From positions 164,354 to 196,353 of the forward strand of contig QCPU01000001.1 in NCBI GenBank assembly GCA_003212395.1: a stretch of 32,000 nt of DNA, in the 5' to 3' direction. A model generated the notes under the pieces. That model did not search any database. It was not told where the DNA came from and was given only the letters and a program-made list of their open reading frames with translations. The DNA is from Prochlorococcus sp. AG-442-B03. GTDB taxonomy: Bacteria; Cyanobacteriota; Cyanobacteriia; PCC-6307; Cyanobiaceae. This document shows, one piece after another, positions 1-10,693 of this stretch (positions are counted from its first letter, which is position 1; each line of letters opens with the position of its first letter). The translations under genes were made by a program, and so were the position numbers.

Positions 1-47
1 CTTTTCAATATTAAAAATAACAATAGATTAGGCATTAAACCTTACTA

Positions 48-2630
48 ATGAAGAATTTGGAAACATTGCTAAAAGATTATGCAGATCACGTAGCTGAAAG
101 AGCTGCCAAAGGTATACCTCCTTTACCTTTAAATGCTGAACAAACAAATTGTGTGACAAAATTGTTGGAACAAGATATTACTCACGATTCCTTTGATTCC
201 TTTGATTTACTTGATTTACTAATAAATAGAGTACCGCCAGGAGTTGATGAGGCTGCTTATGTTAAAGCAAGCTGGCTTACAGCTATTGTAAATTCAGAAA
301 AATATTGCAAATCAATTAATCCTGAAAAAGCAATTGAAATATTAGGAACAATGATAGGGGGATATAATGTAAATTCTCTGGTTGAAATACTAAAAAGGGA
401 AGATAGTTTACTTGCTAAAAAAGCGGCAGAAGTTTTAAAAAATATTATTCTTGTTTACGACTCAGCTAATGAAATTTTTGAATTATCTCAAAATAATATT
501 TATGCAAAAGAGGTTATAAATAGTTGGGCAAATGCAGAGTGGTTCAAAAATAAAAAAGTTCTAGAAAAAGAGATTACTTGTTTAGTATTTAAAGTTGACG
601 GAGAGACAAACACAGACGACTTATCTCCAGCTGTTCATGCAACAACACGCCCTGATATTCCTATGCATGCATTGGCTATGTTGGAATCTAAAAAATCAGA
701 TGGACTAAAGATTCTTGATGATTTAAAAAAACAAAATTTACCAATAGCTTATGTTGGAGACGTTGTTGGAACAGGGAGTTCAAGAAAATCTGCAATTAAT
801 TCACTCATTTGGCATATAGGCGAAGATATCGCTTTTGTTCCAAACAAAAAAACAGGTGGAATAATAATTGGTGGCAAAATAGCACCTATTTTCTTTAATA
901 CAGCACAAGATTCAGGAGCTTTACCTATAGAAGCTGACGTATCTGATATGAAAACAGGAGATGTTATTAAAATATATCCTTATGAAGGCATTATTAAAAA
1001 AATTGAAAAAGATTCAAATACAGAAGTGTTAATAAGCAAATTCGATTTGTATCCATCAACTCTTACTGATGAAATTCAAGCTGGCGGAAGAATTAATCTG
1101 ATGATTGGAAGATCTCTTACTGACAAAATTAGAAACAAATTATATTATCAACCGAGTGAAATTTTTATCCGACCACAAAATCCAACCGAAAGTAATGCCG
1201 GCTTTACTCAAGCACAAAAAATAGTAGGCAAAGCATGCGGTTTAGATGGAGTTAGACCTGGAACGACCTGTGAACCAATTATGACCACAGTTGGCAGTCA
1301 AGATACTACTGGGCCAATGACTAGAGATGAACTAAAAGAACTAGCTTGTTTAGGATTCACTGCAGATTTAGTCATGCAAAGTTTTTGTCATACAGCTGCA
1401 TATCCTAAACCAGTAGATCTAGTTACCCATAAAGAATTACCTGATTTTATATCTCAAAGAGGTGGAGTAGCTCTTAAGCCTGGAGATGGCATAATTCATA
1501 GCTGGCTTAACAGAATGCTTCTCCCTGATACTGTTGGTACAGGTGGAGATAGTCATACGAGATTTCCTCTTGGCATTTCATTTCCTGGAGGATCGGGCAT
1601 TGTTGCCTTTGCAGCCGCAATAGGATCAATGCCATTAAATATGCCGGAATCTGTACTGATTAAATTTAAGGGAGAATTATTACCCGGAATCACTCTTAGA
1701 GATTTAGTCAATGCAATTCCTCTCTTCGCAATTAAAAAAGGACTATTAACTGTTGAAAAGGCAAATAAAAAAAATATATTTAACGGAAAAATTATGGAAA
1801 TTGAGGGATTACCAAAACTAAAACTTGAACAAGCTTTTGAACTAACTGATGCTACTGCAGAACGCTCATGCGCTGGTAGCACAATACTTTTATCAAAAGA
1901 AACTATTCAAGAATACTTAAGAAGTAATATTTGCCTGCTAGAAAAAATGATTGAGAGCAATTATGAAGACTCAAAATCAATTTCAAGAAGAATAAAGGAT
2001 ATGAAAAATTGGTTAAAAAACCCATCATTAATTCAACCTGATACAAACGCTCAATATGAAGAAATAATTGAAATTGATTTAGCGAAAGTAACACAACCTA
2101 TAGTTGCTTGTCCTAACGATCCAGATAATGTGAAGGAAATCACTGATGTTGCAAATTCAACTATTGACGAAGTTTTTATAGGTTCTTGCATGACAAATAT
2201 TGGTCATTACAGAGCAGCTGCAAAAGTTCTTGAAGGTATACAAAATTTAAAAGCTAAATTATGGATTTGTCCACCAACAAAAATGGATGAAGAAACTCTA
2301 AAAGCGGAGGGTTATTACAAAATATTTGAAGACTGTGGTGCAAGATTAGAGTTACCAGGCTGTTCTTTATGTATGGGGAATCAAGCCAGAGTAGATGAAG
2401 GATCTGTCGTATTTTCAACTAGTACAAGAAATTTTGACAATAGACTTGGCAAGAATGCACAAGTATTTTTAGGTAGTGCTGAATTAGCAGCAGTTTGTGC
2501 ACTACTTGGGAAAATACCTGAAGTAGAAGAATATCAGGATATTACTAAAAATAAAATTAATCCATATTCAGATGAGCTTTATCGTTATCTTCAATTTGAT
2601 GAAATACACGATTTCAGTTTGTCAAAATGA
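48..2630 (+). CDS. acnB: Aconitate hydratase B (aconitase / 2-methylisocitrate dehydratase)
   Basis: 860-aa ORF that aligns by eye along its full length with E. coli AcnB. Shared motifs: NRVPPGVDEAAYVKA, FKVDGETNTDDLSPA, SQDTTGPMTRDELK, IGSCMTN, PGCSLCMGNQARV. Confidence 0.95.
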   Translation: MKNLETLLKDYADHVAERAAKGIPPLPLNAEQTNCVTKLLEQDITHDSFDSFDLLDLLINRVPPGVDEAAYVKASWLTAIVNSEKYCKSINPEKAIEILGTMIGGYNVNSLVEILKREDSLLAKKAAEVLKNIILVYDSANEIFELSQNNIYAKEVINSWANAEWFKNKKVLEKEITCLVFKVDGETNTDDLSPAVHATTRPDIPMHALAMLESKKSDGLKILDDLKKQNLPIAYVGDVVGTGSSRKSAINSLIWHIGEDIAFVPNKKTGGIIIGGKIAPIFFNTAQDSGALPIEADVSDMKTGDVIKIYPYEGIIKKIEKDSNTEVLISKFDLYPSTLTDEIQAGGRINLMIGRSLTDKIRNKLYYQPSEIFIRPQNPTESNAGFTQAQKIVGKACGLDGVRPGTTCEPIMTTVGSQDTTGPMTRDELKELACLGFTADLVMQSFCHTAAYPKPVDLVTHKELPDFISQRGGVALKPGDGIIHSWLNRMLLPDTVGTGGDSHTRFPLGISFPGGSGIVAFAAAIGSMPLNMPESVLIKFKGELLPGITLRDLVNAIPLFAIKKGLLTVEKANKKNIFNGKIMEIEGLPKLKLEQAFELTDATAERSCAGSTILLSKETIQEYLRSNICLLEKMIESNYEDSKSISRRIKDMKNWLKNPSLIQPDTNAQYEEIIEIDLAKVTQPIVACPNDPDNVKEITDVANSTIDEVFIGSCMTNIGHYRAAAKVLEGIQNLKAKLWICPPTKMDEETLKAEGYYKIFEDCGARLELPGCSLCMGNQARVDEGSVVFSTSTRNFDNRLGKNAQVFLGSAELAAVCALLGKIPEVEEYQDITKNKINPYSDELYRYLQFDEIHDFSLSK
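186..221 (+). repeat. In-frame tandem 9-bp repeats inside acnB: (GATTCCTTT)x2 followed by (GATTTACTT/A)x2, encoding DSF-DSF-DLL-DLL
   Basis: Read directly from the sequence. Codon 47 of acnB starts at 186. Confidence 0.9.
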
Positions 2631-2639
2631 TCATGGATT

Positions 2640-3998
2640 ATGCCAAACCTTATAAAAGAAAATATTCAAAAAACCAGTAGCCATTCCTCTAGAAGCATCA
2701 AAAAATTATTAAAACAGAAATCTTTCGTAGTTGCATTTTCGCTCTTATTAACGGGTTTAGGAGCTTCAATTACAAGTATATTTTTTAAGACTGGAATCTA
2801 TTTTATTAATAATTGGAGATTAGCACTTCTAGACCAATTGCCATCTATTGCAGTATTACCAATTTTTGGAGCTTTAGGTGGAGCAATTGCAGGATATTTA
2901 ATCAAAAATATAGCCCCTGCAGCAAAAGGATCAGGTGTGAGTCAAATCATGGGTTTCCTAAGGCATAAAAAAGTGCCAATGAATATAAAAGTAGGCTTCG
3001 TCAAGCTCATATCAGGAATTATCGCTATTGGCAGTGGATTCCCTTTGGGACCAGAGGGTCCATCTGTTCAAATGGGAGGATCTGTTGCTTGGCAAATGGC
3101 CAAATGGCTTAAAGCTCCTACAGCTTTTAGAAGAGTAATTGTAGCAGCAGGAGGTGGTGCTGGAATAGCTGCTGTATTTAGCGCTCCATTAGGAGGGTTT
3201 GTTTATGCAATAGAAGAGTTATTAAACTCTGCTAGACCAGTAATTTTACTTTTAGTAGTAATTACAACTTTCATTGCAGATTCATCTGCTGATATTATTC
3301 AAGCCTTAGGTTTAGATCCTAAAGCAGGAGGTTTTGATTTTAACCTTGGATTTTTAATTCAAAAAGAATATGACCCATCAGTTTTTTTCTTGCCCATAGA
3401 TTTTATTTACCTAGTTTTACTAGGAATGATTATTGGAATCTTTGCAGAATTGTACAGCAGATATGTTTTGTTTATGCAAAACCTTGGGAAAAAGTGGTAC
3501 AAAAACAAATTTGTTTTAAAAATGAGTATTTGTGGACTTATTTTAGGCAGCATTTATTCTTTTTTACCCAGTACATTTCATAATTTAGATGAATTACAGA
3601 AAATAATAGCTGAGCAAAATACAAGTATTGAGATAGCTTTATTGGCAGTTTTAGTATTATTTATCACGACTGGTTTAGCTGCAGCATCTGGAGCTCCTGG
3701 AGGATTATTCTATCCAATGCTTACTTTAGGAGGCGCAATCGGACTAATAATGGGGAGCTGGGTAGAAATTGCAACAGGTCACGCACCTAGTACATACATT
3801 TTTGCCGGAATGGGGGCTTTCGTAGCAGGATGTTCGAGAACACCAATAACAGCAATGTTTTTAGCTTTCGCCTTAACAAAAAATTTATTAATAATGAAAC
3901 CTGTCTTAATCAGCTGCATTGCCAGTTTCTTGATAGCAAGAACTTTTAATGAAGAATCAATTTATGAAAGACAAATACAAATAGAATTAGAAGACTAA
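2640..3998 (+). CDS. ClC-family chloride channel / Cl-/H+ antiporter, short form without CBS domains
   Basis: 452-aa polytopic membrane ORF carrying the ClC signature segments GSGVSQ (GSGIP-type), GPEGPSVQMGG (gating Glu), AIEELL (internal Glu) and GGLFYPML (GxFxP). Confidence 0.88.
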   Translation: MPNLIKENIQKTSSHSSRSIKKLLKQKSFVVAFSLLLTGLGASITSIFFKTGIYFINNWRLALLDQLPSIAVLPIFGALGGAIAGYLIKNIAPAAKGSGVSQIMGFLRHKKVPMNIKVGFVKLISGIIAIGSGFPLGPEGPSVQMGGSVAWQMAKWLKAPTAFRRVIVAAGGGAGIAAVFSAPLGGFVYAIEELLNSARPVILLLVVITTFIADSSADIIQALGLDPKAGGFDFNLGFLIQKEYDPSVFFLPIDFIYLVLLGMIIGIFAELYSRYVLFMQNLGKKWYKNKFVLKMSICGLILGSIYSFLPSTFHNLDELQKIIAEQNTSIEIALLAVLVLFITTGLAAASGAPGGLFYPMLTLGGAIGLIMGSWVEIATGHAPSTYIFAGMGAFVAGCSRTPITAMFLAFALTKNLLIMKPVLISCIASFLIARTFNEESIYERQIQIELED

Positions 3999-4008
3999 GA
4001 AATTATCT

Positions 4009-4863
4009 TCAATCAAAAACAGCAGTTTTACTGTTATAAACAAATACTTGATGATTCAGATGTAATCTAACCGCCCTTGCTAGGGCTATTCTTTCAATAT
4101 CTCTTCCTTTTCTAATTAAATCATCGACTTCATCCCTATGACTTACATTCACCGTGCATTGCTCTATTATCGGGCCTTCATCAAGATCTTCAGTAACATA
4201 ATGCGCTGTAGCACCAATTAATTTAACACCCCGCTTCCATGCTCGATGATATGGTTGGCCCCCCTTAAATGCAGGCAAAAAAGAATGATGAATATTTATT
4301 ATTGAAGAGAACTTTTTTAAAAAAGAGTCGCTCAAAATTTGCATATATTTGGCTAATACAACAAGATCAATTTCATATTCTTTTAGTAAATTTAAAAATT
4401 GATCTTCAACATCAGATTTTTCAATATTAAAAGTATCAATATAAACAAATTTTGCATTAAAGTCATTTGCAATATTTTCAAGATCAGGATGATTTGAAAT
4501 TATTAAAGGCACTTTCATTTTAAGTTCACCATTTCTTACTCGCCAAAGTAAATCAATCAAACAATGATTTTGTTTGCTCACAAAAATAGCAACATTTGGA
4601 ATTTCATCAGAATAATTTACGTTAAATTTACCATTTACTTCGACTGCAATTTTTTCACATTCATTAAAAATTTCATCTCTATTTAAAGAGGCATTATTAT
4701 TATTCCATTCAATGCGGCTAAGAAACAAACCTGCATCTTGATCTGTGTGATGATCAGAATGCTTTATGTTTCCACCGTAATTTGAAATCCAACTTGTAAG
4801 TAAACTTACAAGGCCAGGACGATCGGGGCAAACAATTTTGAATATAATTGAAGGATGTTCCAA
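4009..4863 (-). CDS. purU: Formyltetrahydrofolate deformylase
   Basis: 284 aa. N-terminal ACT-like domain (IIFKIVCPDRPGLVSLLTSWI) plus a formyltransferase domain with the IINIHHSFLPAFKGGQPYHRA motif. The apparent start codon is TTG. Confidence 0.88.
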   Translation of the reverse strand: MEHPSIIFKIVCPDRPGLVSLLTSWISNYGGNIKHSDHHTDQDAGLFLSRIEWNNNNASLNRDEIFNECEKIAVEVNGKFNVNYSDEIPNVAIFVSKQNHCLIDLLWRVRNGELKMKVPLIISNHPDLENIANDFNAKFVYIDTFNIEKSDVEDQFLNLLKEYEIDLVVLAKYMQILSDSFLKKFSSIINIHHSFLPAFKGGQPYHRAWKRGVKLIGATAHYVTEDLDEGPIIEQCTVNVSHRDEVDDLIRKGRDIERIALARAVRLHLNHQVFVYNSKTAVFD

Positions 4864-4910
4864 AAATTTTTAACTTTTTAGTCAAATAAGCAAGTATATC
4901 TAATATATCA

Positions 4911-5993
4911 ATGAAAAGCTTAAAAGAAAATTTTCAAAAATCACACATAATTATTATTGGATCGGGGGTTATAGGAAAATTTAACGCTTTAGAGTTATCA
5001 GAATTAGGTTTTCAGATTACCATAATAGATCCCAATCAAAATAAAAATAGTAGCAATGCAGCCTTAGGTCTATTAATGGGTAATATGTATCAAAAAAGAA
5101 AAGGTAGAAGTTGGTCTCTAAGAAAACAAAGCATTGAATTATGGCCAAAATGGATAGAATTCCTTAGAGAATATAATCAGGAGTTAAATATTGAAAAGCC
5201 ATTAATACAATTAACTACAAATGAGGAAAAGTTTAAAAAATTAGAGAAATTTATTCATGAAACCAATGATATAAACTTAAGAATATTAGATCAAAACTCG
5301 ATTTTCATTAAAAATACTAATAAGGCATTCCAAACAAAAGATATGAAAGGAATGGTTTCCTCAAACGATGGAAGAATTAATACCACCTCATTACTTAAGA
5401 CATTAGATACATATCTAAAAAATAAAAAAGTAAAATTTATAGAGGATAAAATAATAAAAATCAGAAAATCAAACAATCAATGGATTGCTACATCTAAAAA
5501 TAATCAAGAGATCAAGTCTGAAATAATTATTTTGTGTAATTCCCTAGATGCAATTGATCTTATAGATAACCTATCGCATAACATCAAATTAAAACCAGTA
5601 TTAGGTCAAGCTATAGAAATTGGAGTAAATGATTCAGAAGTTGATTTATTATCACTTCCAAAACAATTAAATATAGATGGGAAAAATATAATACCAATTT
5701 CAAAAGAAAAACTTATTATTGGTTCAACTGACGAATATAGTACAAAACCAGAAAATGATGTCTTTGATAAACTTACAAATTTTCTTGATACAAAACCAAA
5801 CTGGCTTATGAAAGGACAAATTTTAAAAAAATGGTTTGGCATTAGATCACGACCCGATGGAGAACCATCACCAATAATGAAAAATTTAGAAAACGGATTA
5901 TTTATATGTACAGGTTTTTATAAAAATGGGATATTACTTGCACCAGCCTGCTCTAGATGGGTTGCTAAAGAAGTTGAAAAATACTTTTCTTAG
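4911..5993 (+). CDS. FAD-dependent oxidoreductase, DAO family (glycine oxidase ThiO-like)
   Basis: 360 aa with an N-terminal Rossmann dinucleotide fold ([28 protein letters not shown]). Length and C-terminal region ([12 protein letters not shown]) are typical of ThiO/DadA-type enzymes. The specific substrate cannot be determined from the sequence. Confidence 0.65.
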   Translation: MKSLKENFQKSHIIIIGSGVIGKFNALELSELGFQITIIDPNQNKNSSNAALGLLMGNMYQKRKGRSWSLRKQSIELWPKWIEFLREYNQELNIEKPLIQLTTNEEKFKKLEKFIHETNDINLRILDQNSIFIKNTNKAFQTKDMKGMVSSNDGRINTTSLLKTLDTYLKNKKVKFIEDKIIKIRKSNNQWIATSKNNQEIKSEIIILCNSLDAIDLIDNLSHNIKLKPVLGQAIEIGVNDSEVDLLSLPKQLNIDGKNIIPISKEKLIIGSTDEYSTKPENDVFDKLTNFLDTKPNWLMKGQILKKWFGIRSRPDGEPSPIMKNLENGLFICTGFYKNGILLAPACSRWVAKEVEKYFS

Positions 5994-7897
5994 TCTTTTG
6001 TTTCAGTAAAGTCTGCATCAATCACATCATCACCATCTTTATCATTTGATTTACTTTGATCTGGCCCGCCAGCCGAACCGGGAGATGGAGGTTGATTTCC
6101 AGGTTGCTGATAAACGGACGAACCTACTGCATAGAGTTCTTGCTGAAGCTCTTCAAGAAGTTTTTTCATTAATTCATAATCCTCTTTTGAAGTTGCCTCT
6201 TTTAATGCCTCACTTTTTTCTTCAACTTTAGACTTTGCAGCAGCATCAACTTTGTCTCCTAATTCACCAAGTTGTTTTTCTGTCTGATAAACAAGTGTTT
6301 CAGCCTGATTTTTTAAATCAATTTTTTCTCTTTTTTCTTTATCAGCAGAAGCATTTGATTCGGCATCTTTTACCATTTTTTCTACTTCATTATCAGATAA
6401 AGTAGAAGCACCTGTTATAGAGATGCTTTGCTCTTTACCGCTACCCTTATCTTTAGCTGTAACACTTAGAATACCATTTGCATCAATATCAAAAGTAACT
6501 TCAATTTGAGGAACACCTCTTGGTGCTGAAGGTATACCATCCAATCTAAAAGTTCCTAGACTTTTATTATCAGATGCCATTTCTCTTTCACCCTGTAAGA
6601 CGTGAATTTCTACATTTGTTTGACCGTCTACAGCAGTTGAATATGTCTCAGATTTCTTCGTTGGAACTGTGGTATTTCTATTTATCATTTTTGTCATAAC
6701 CCCCCCTAAAGTTTCTACACCTAAAGAAAGGGGAGTAACATCAAGTAGCAATATATCTTTAACCTCACCTGCTAAAACGCCTCCTTGAATAGCAGCTCCA
6801 ACAGCAACCACCTCATCAGGATTTACTGTTTGATTTGGTTCCTTACCAATTATTTTTTTCACCAAATCTAAAACAGCAGGAATTCTAGATGAGCCTCCTA
6901 CCATTACCACCTCATCGATTTCGCTAGTAGAGATTTTTGCGTCACTTATAGCTCTCTCTACTGGAGTCTTACACCTATCTATTAAAGAAGCCGCTAATTC
7001 CTCAAACTTTGCTCGAGTTAGGTTCAAATCCAAATGTTTTGGCCCTTCAGGAGTCGCTGTGATGAAAGGTAAATTTATTTCACTTTGAGTAGCATTTGAA
7101 AGCTCAATTTTTGCTTTTTCAGCAGCTTCGGTCAGTCTTTGTAAAGCTTGCTTATCTTGTCTAAGATCGATTCCCTCGTTTGATTTAAAAGTACTAGCTA
7201 AATGATCTACGATACATCTATCAAAATCATCGCCACCTAAGTGAGTATCTCCAGATGTAGATAAAACTTCAGTTACTCCATCACCAGCTTCAATAACTGA
7301 TACATCGAATGTTCCTCCCCCCAAATCAAATACAAGAATTTTTTCGTTTTCTTTATCCAAACCATATGCTAATGCTGCAGCAGTTGGCTCATTGACAATT
7401 CTTAGAACTTCTAAACCTGCAATCTTTCCTGCGTCTTTTGTAGCCTGCCTTTGAGAGTCATTAAAATAAGCTGGAACTGTAATTACAGCCTGCGTAACTT
7501 TATCACCAAGGTATTTACCTGCGTCATCTGCTAACTTTCTTAATACTTGAGAGCTTACCTCTTCAGGAGAAAACTGCTTATCTAAAATAGGACACTTTAA
7601 TTTGACACTAGAACCAGATTTTTCAACAGAATAGCTAACTTCTTTAGATTCTTCATTAACTTCATCAACTCTTCTCCCAACAAAACGCTTTGCGGAATAA
7701 AATGTATTTTCAGGATTCATAACAGCCTGTCTTTTTGCTATTTGTCCAACTAGCTGATCTTGATTTTTTGTATATGCAACAACTGATGGAGTAGTTCTGA
7801 AACCCTCAGCATTTGCTATTACAGTAGGTTTACCACCTTCCATTACAGCGACACAACTATTAGTTGTTCCTAAATCGATTCCTACAACCTTACCCAT
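5990..7897 (-). CDS. dnaK: Hsp70 chaperone DnaK (cyanobacterial DnaK2-type)
   Basis: Canonical Hsp70 motifs: [29 protein letters not shown]. The ORF extends to 7927, but the conserved N-terminus [12 protein letters not shown] begins at the ATG at 7897, which I prefer. Confidence 0.93.
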   Translation of the reverse strand: MGKVVGIDLGTTNSCVAVMEGGKPTVIANAEGFRTTPSVVAYTKNQDQLVGQIAKRQAVMNPENTFYSAKRFVGRRVDEVNEESKEVSYSVEKSGSSVKLKCPILDKQFSPEEVSSQVLRKLADDAGKYLGDKVTQAVITVPAYFNDSQRQATKDAGKIAGLEVLRIVNEPTAAALAYGLDKENEKILVFDLGGGTFDVSVIEAGDGVTEVLSTSGDTHLGGDDFDRCIVDHLASTFKSNEGIDLRQDKQALQRLTEAAEKAKIELSNATQSEINLPFITATPEGPKHLDLNLTRAKFEELAASLIDRCKTPVERAISDAKISTSEIDEVVMVGGSSRIPAVLDLVKKIIGKEPNQTVNPDEVVAVGAAIQGGVLAGEVKDILLLDVTPLSLGVETLGGVMTKMINRNTTVPTKKSETYSTAVDGQTNVEIHVLQGEREMASDNKSLGTFRLDGIPSAPRGVPQIEVTFDIDANGILSVTAKDKGSGKEQSISITGASTLSDNEVEKMVKDAESNASADKEKREKIDLKNQAETLVYQTEKQLGELGDKVDAAAKSKVEEKSEALKEATSKEDYELMKKLLEELQQELYAVGSSVYQQPGNQPPSPGSAGGPDQSKSNDKDGDDVIDADFTETKD

Positions 7898-8014
7898 GGG
7901 TAAACTCTTATATTTGATATTCTCCATAATCGTTCATCGACGTCATTATTGTTACTCGAAGATGAGGTGTGGTTCCCGAACAGATCTTTAATTTTTAAAA
8001 AAAAATTTCTAAAC

Positions 8015-8875
8015 ATGATTTCAAGTAACACATCTTTTATTGCATTAGTCGGCAATCCAGTAAGCCATTCTTTGTCACCAATTATGCAAAATGCTGCTCT
8101 TCAATATTTGGGCTTGGATCTAATTTATATTGCAATACCATGTGAAGCTGAGGATCTAGAATTAGTTCTAAATTCTCTGAAAAAAATTAATTGCAAAGGT
8201 TTAAATATCACAATTCCCCATAAAGAAAAAGTGTTTGATCTTTGTAGTGAAATTTCGCCTATTGCTAACAAACTAAAAGCAATTAATACCCTAAAGTTAA
8301 ATTCTAAAAAGGAGTGGAGCGCAACTAATACAGATTTAGACGGATTTATTTATCCATTAAAAAATTTAAACTTAAGTAAAAAACAATCAATTGTACTCGG
8401 CTCTGGTGGAGCAGCGAGATCAGTTATACAGGGATTAATAAATTTGAATTTCTCAACAATTTCAGTAGTTTCTCGTAACAAATCATCACTAAATGAATTA
8501 ATTCAAAATTTTGATAATCAAATTAAAATTCAGGGTTTATTAAGTAATGATAATCAGGCTCAAAATTTAATTGAGGAAGCAGATTTAATTGTAAATACAA
8601 CACCAGTAGGAATGAAAACATCTCAATATGAAATGAATGTTTTGCCATATGGGGAGACATTTTGGAGATCGCTTAAATCGAAAACAACTATTTACGATTT
8701 AATTTACAATCCAGCTCCAACTCCTCTATTGAAATTTAGTACTAAAAAAGGATGCTTTACTATTGATGGTTTGCAAATGCTTATTGCTCAAGGAATGAAA
8801 TCATTATCATTTTGGACAAATGGTTTGGAAGTACCTTTTCATATTATGGATGACGCACTAAAAAAATATCTTTAA
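8015..8875 (+). CDS. aroE: Shikimate 5-dehydrogenase
   Basis: Motifs: GNPVSHSLSPIMQNAA, NITIPHKE, GSGGAARS. The tracked ORF starts at a TTG at 7949. The ATG at 8015 (MISSNTSF...) gives a typical AroE N-terminus. Confidence 0.88.
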   Translation: MISSNTSFIALVGNPVSHSLSPIMQNAALQYLGLDLIYIAIPCEAEDLELVLNSLKKINCKGLNITIPHKEKVFDLCSEISPIANKLKAINTLKLNSKKEWSATNTDLDGFIYPLKNLNLSKKQSIVLGSGGAARSVIQGLINLNFSTISVVSRNKSSLNELIQNFDNQIKIQGLLSNDNQAQNLIEEADLIVNTTPVGMKTSQYEMNVLPYGETFWRSLKSKTTIYDLIYNPAPTPLLKFSTKKGCFTIDGLQMLIAQGMKSLSFWTNGLEVPFHIMDDALKKYL

Positions 8876-8978
8876 AAAAGATGCTAATTTTTATGAAACT
8901 GCACGTCATAATGTATCGTAAATAATGAACAGACGCTCATCACATCAATATTATGAGCCAAAGACCTTGTCTGAAACT

Positions 8979-9440
8979 ATGAACGATCCACAATCTTATT
9001 ACGAAACCATGTACATCCTCCGTCCAGACATTGCGGAAGATGAAGTAATTAATCACATTGATAAATACAATAAGCTTTTAGAAGAATTTGGGGGTACCAT
9101 TCTTGATAGTCAAATGAGAGGCAAAAGAAGATTAGCCTATCAAATAGCAAAACACAGAGAAGGTATTTACGTCCAACTAAGTCATCAAGGTGATGGTCAA
9201 CATATTTTCAAAATTGAAAAAGCAATGAGGCTTAATGAAGATGTTATTAGATACATGACCGTTAAACAAGAAGGTCCTTTACCAACCCCAAGACCTTCAA
9301 ATAAGAGTGGATCTCAATCAGAGAATAAAGATAATAAAAATGTCAACGTTGAATCTAAAGAAAACCAAGCAGTAGCAAGTGCAGATACTTCAACTTCTGG
9401 AAAAGATGAAGCTGAAAGCAAAGAAAATGCAGAATCTTAA
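8979..9440 (+). CDS. rpsF: 30S ribosomal protein S6 with a long polar/acidic C-terminal tail
   Basis: [10 protein letters not shown]...[10 protein letters not shown] core typical of bS6. The tracked ORF begins at 8925, but the internal ATG at 8979 ([17 protein letters not shown]) matches normal S6 N-termini. Confidence 0.85.
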   Translation: MNDPQSYYETMYILRPDIAEDEVINHIDKYNKLLEEFGGTILDSQMRGKRRLAYQIAKHREGIYVQLSHQGDGQHIFKIEKAMRLNEDVIRYMTVKQEGPLPTPRPSNKSGSQSENKDNKNVNVESKENQAVASADTSTSGKDEAESKENAES

Positions 9441-9443
9441 ATG

Positions 9444-10658
9444 TTAATCTTTTGTTCTTGAATTTAACTCAGCCCATATTTTATTAGACATACCCCACAT
9501 ATAAATAAAACCCTCTGCTAAAGAATGATTAAATACATCATCTTTGCTATAAGTTGCCAAATCTTCCCTGTAAAGTGAATTGTTTTCCGAAATTCTCCCA
9601 ATTACTGTTGCGTTCCCCTTATGAAGTCTAATCTTTACTCTTCCATTAACTGACGTTTGAGTCGATGATATAAATGCATCTAAACTATCTTTAAGAGGTC
9701 CAAACCAAAAACCTTGATAGACTAATTGACCCCATTTTTTTTCTACTATTCCTTTAAAATCGACAACATCTGGATTTAATGTTATGCTCTCTAATTCTTT
9801 GTGAGCCTTGATTAAAAGTAAAAGGCCGGGTGTTTCGTAAATCTCTCTACTTTTAATTCCTACTACTCGATCTTCAATCATATCTATTCTTCCAAAACCA
9901 TGCGTACCTGAAAGATCATTAGCTTTTTGAATAATCTCTACTGGAGTTAAAAATTCATCATTAATTCCAACTGGGAAGCCATTTTTAAAAATAATTTCTA
10001 TATCTTGAGGAGAATCAGGTGAATTATCAATTGATGATGTCATCGCAAATATATCTTCAGGTGCTTCTTGCATTGGGTCTTCTAATATACCCGCTTCAAT
10101 ACTCCTTCCAAGTAAGTTAACGTCTATTGAATAAGGTGATTTTTTTGATACTGGTGCAGGAATACCAAATTTTTCTCCATACATTATTGCCTCTTCCCTA
10201 CTCATATTCCACTCCCTTGCAGGAGTAATTATTTTCAAATCAGGGCCTAAAGCATTAATTGCTAAATCAAATCGAATTTGATCATTGCCTTTACCAGTGC
10301 ATCCATGAGCTACTGCATCGGCATTAATCTCTCTGGCAATATTCACTAGATTTTCAGCAATTAAGGGCCTAGCAAGAGCAGTAGATAAAGGATATTTATC
10401 TAAATATAAAGCGTTTGCTCTAATGGCTGGAAAAGCATATCTCTCAATAAAACTATTAACTAAATTACCAATGATTGATTTAGATGCACCAGAATTTAAA
10501 GCTTTTTGCCTAATAAATTCTAAATCCTCACCTTGTCCAAGATCTGCTACAAAAGTAACCACTTCTGAAATTCCATATTCATTCTTTAAATATGGAATAC
10601 AAACACTCGTATCTACTCCACCAGAATACGCTAGTACAACCTTTTTTACCTGTTGCAT
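9444..10658 (-). CDS. argG: Argininosuccinate synthase
   Basis: 404 aa. N-terminal ATP-binding motif AYSGGVDTS, followed by [15 protein letters not shown]. Confidence 0.95.
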   Translation of the reverse strand: MQQVKKVVLAYSGGVDTSVCIPYLKNEYGISEVVTFVADLGQGEDLEFIRQKALNSGASKSIIGNLVNSFIERYAFPAIRANALYLDKYPLSTALARPLIAENLVNIAREINADAVAHGCTGKGNDQIRFDLAINALGPDLKIITPAREWNMSREEAIMYGEKFGIPAPVSKKSPYSIDVNLLGRSIEAGILEDPMQEAPEDIFAMTSSIDNSPDSPQDIEIIFKNGFPVGINDEFLTPVEIIQKANDLSGTHGFGRIDMIEDRVVGIKSREIYETPGLLLLIKAHKELESITLNPDVVDFKGIVEKKWGQLVYQGFWFGPLKDSLDAFISSTQTSVNGRVKIRLHKGNATVIGRISENNSLYREDLATYSKDDVFNHSLAEGFIYMWGMSNKIWAELNSRTKD

Positions 10659-10693
10659 TTAAATTTGCTCCATAAATTTAAATTTTGACGTAA

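Noticed and set aside
1553-1882. 109-aa ORF antisense to acnB. Similar long antisense ORFs lie at 22829-23161 (110 aa, inside dnaN), 28644-28985 (113 aa, inside the GyrA-like gene), 10423-10662, 12705-12893 and 21300-21539. The many 60-80-aa ORFs inside uvrA, dnaK and the oxidoreductase are of the same kind.
   Set aside because: All lie entirely within strongly supported genes on the opposite strand. Their composition is low-complexity or mirror-image, and I recognise no motifs. They are best explained as shadow ORFs.
7898-7927. N-terminal ORF extensions: dnaK to 7927, aroE from TTG 7949, and rpsF from ATG 8925.
   Set aside because: In each case the conserved protein N-terminus begins at an internal ATG (7897, 8015, 8979). 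The extensions have no counterpart in homologs I know. I kept them only as alternative starts.
7928-7990. CGTTCATC...GACGTC palindrome in the dnaK-aroE divergent spacer, considered as a glutamine-riboswitch-like or CIRCE-like element.
   Set aside because: The complementary GGAACG closing strand and the GGAAGTAG core are absent, as is the TTAGCACTC-N9-GAGTGCTAA dyad. Only a 6-bp palindrome remains.
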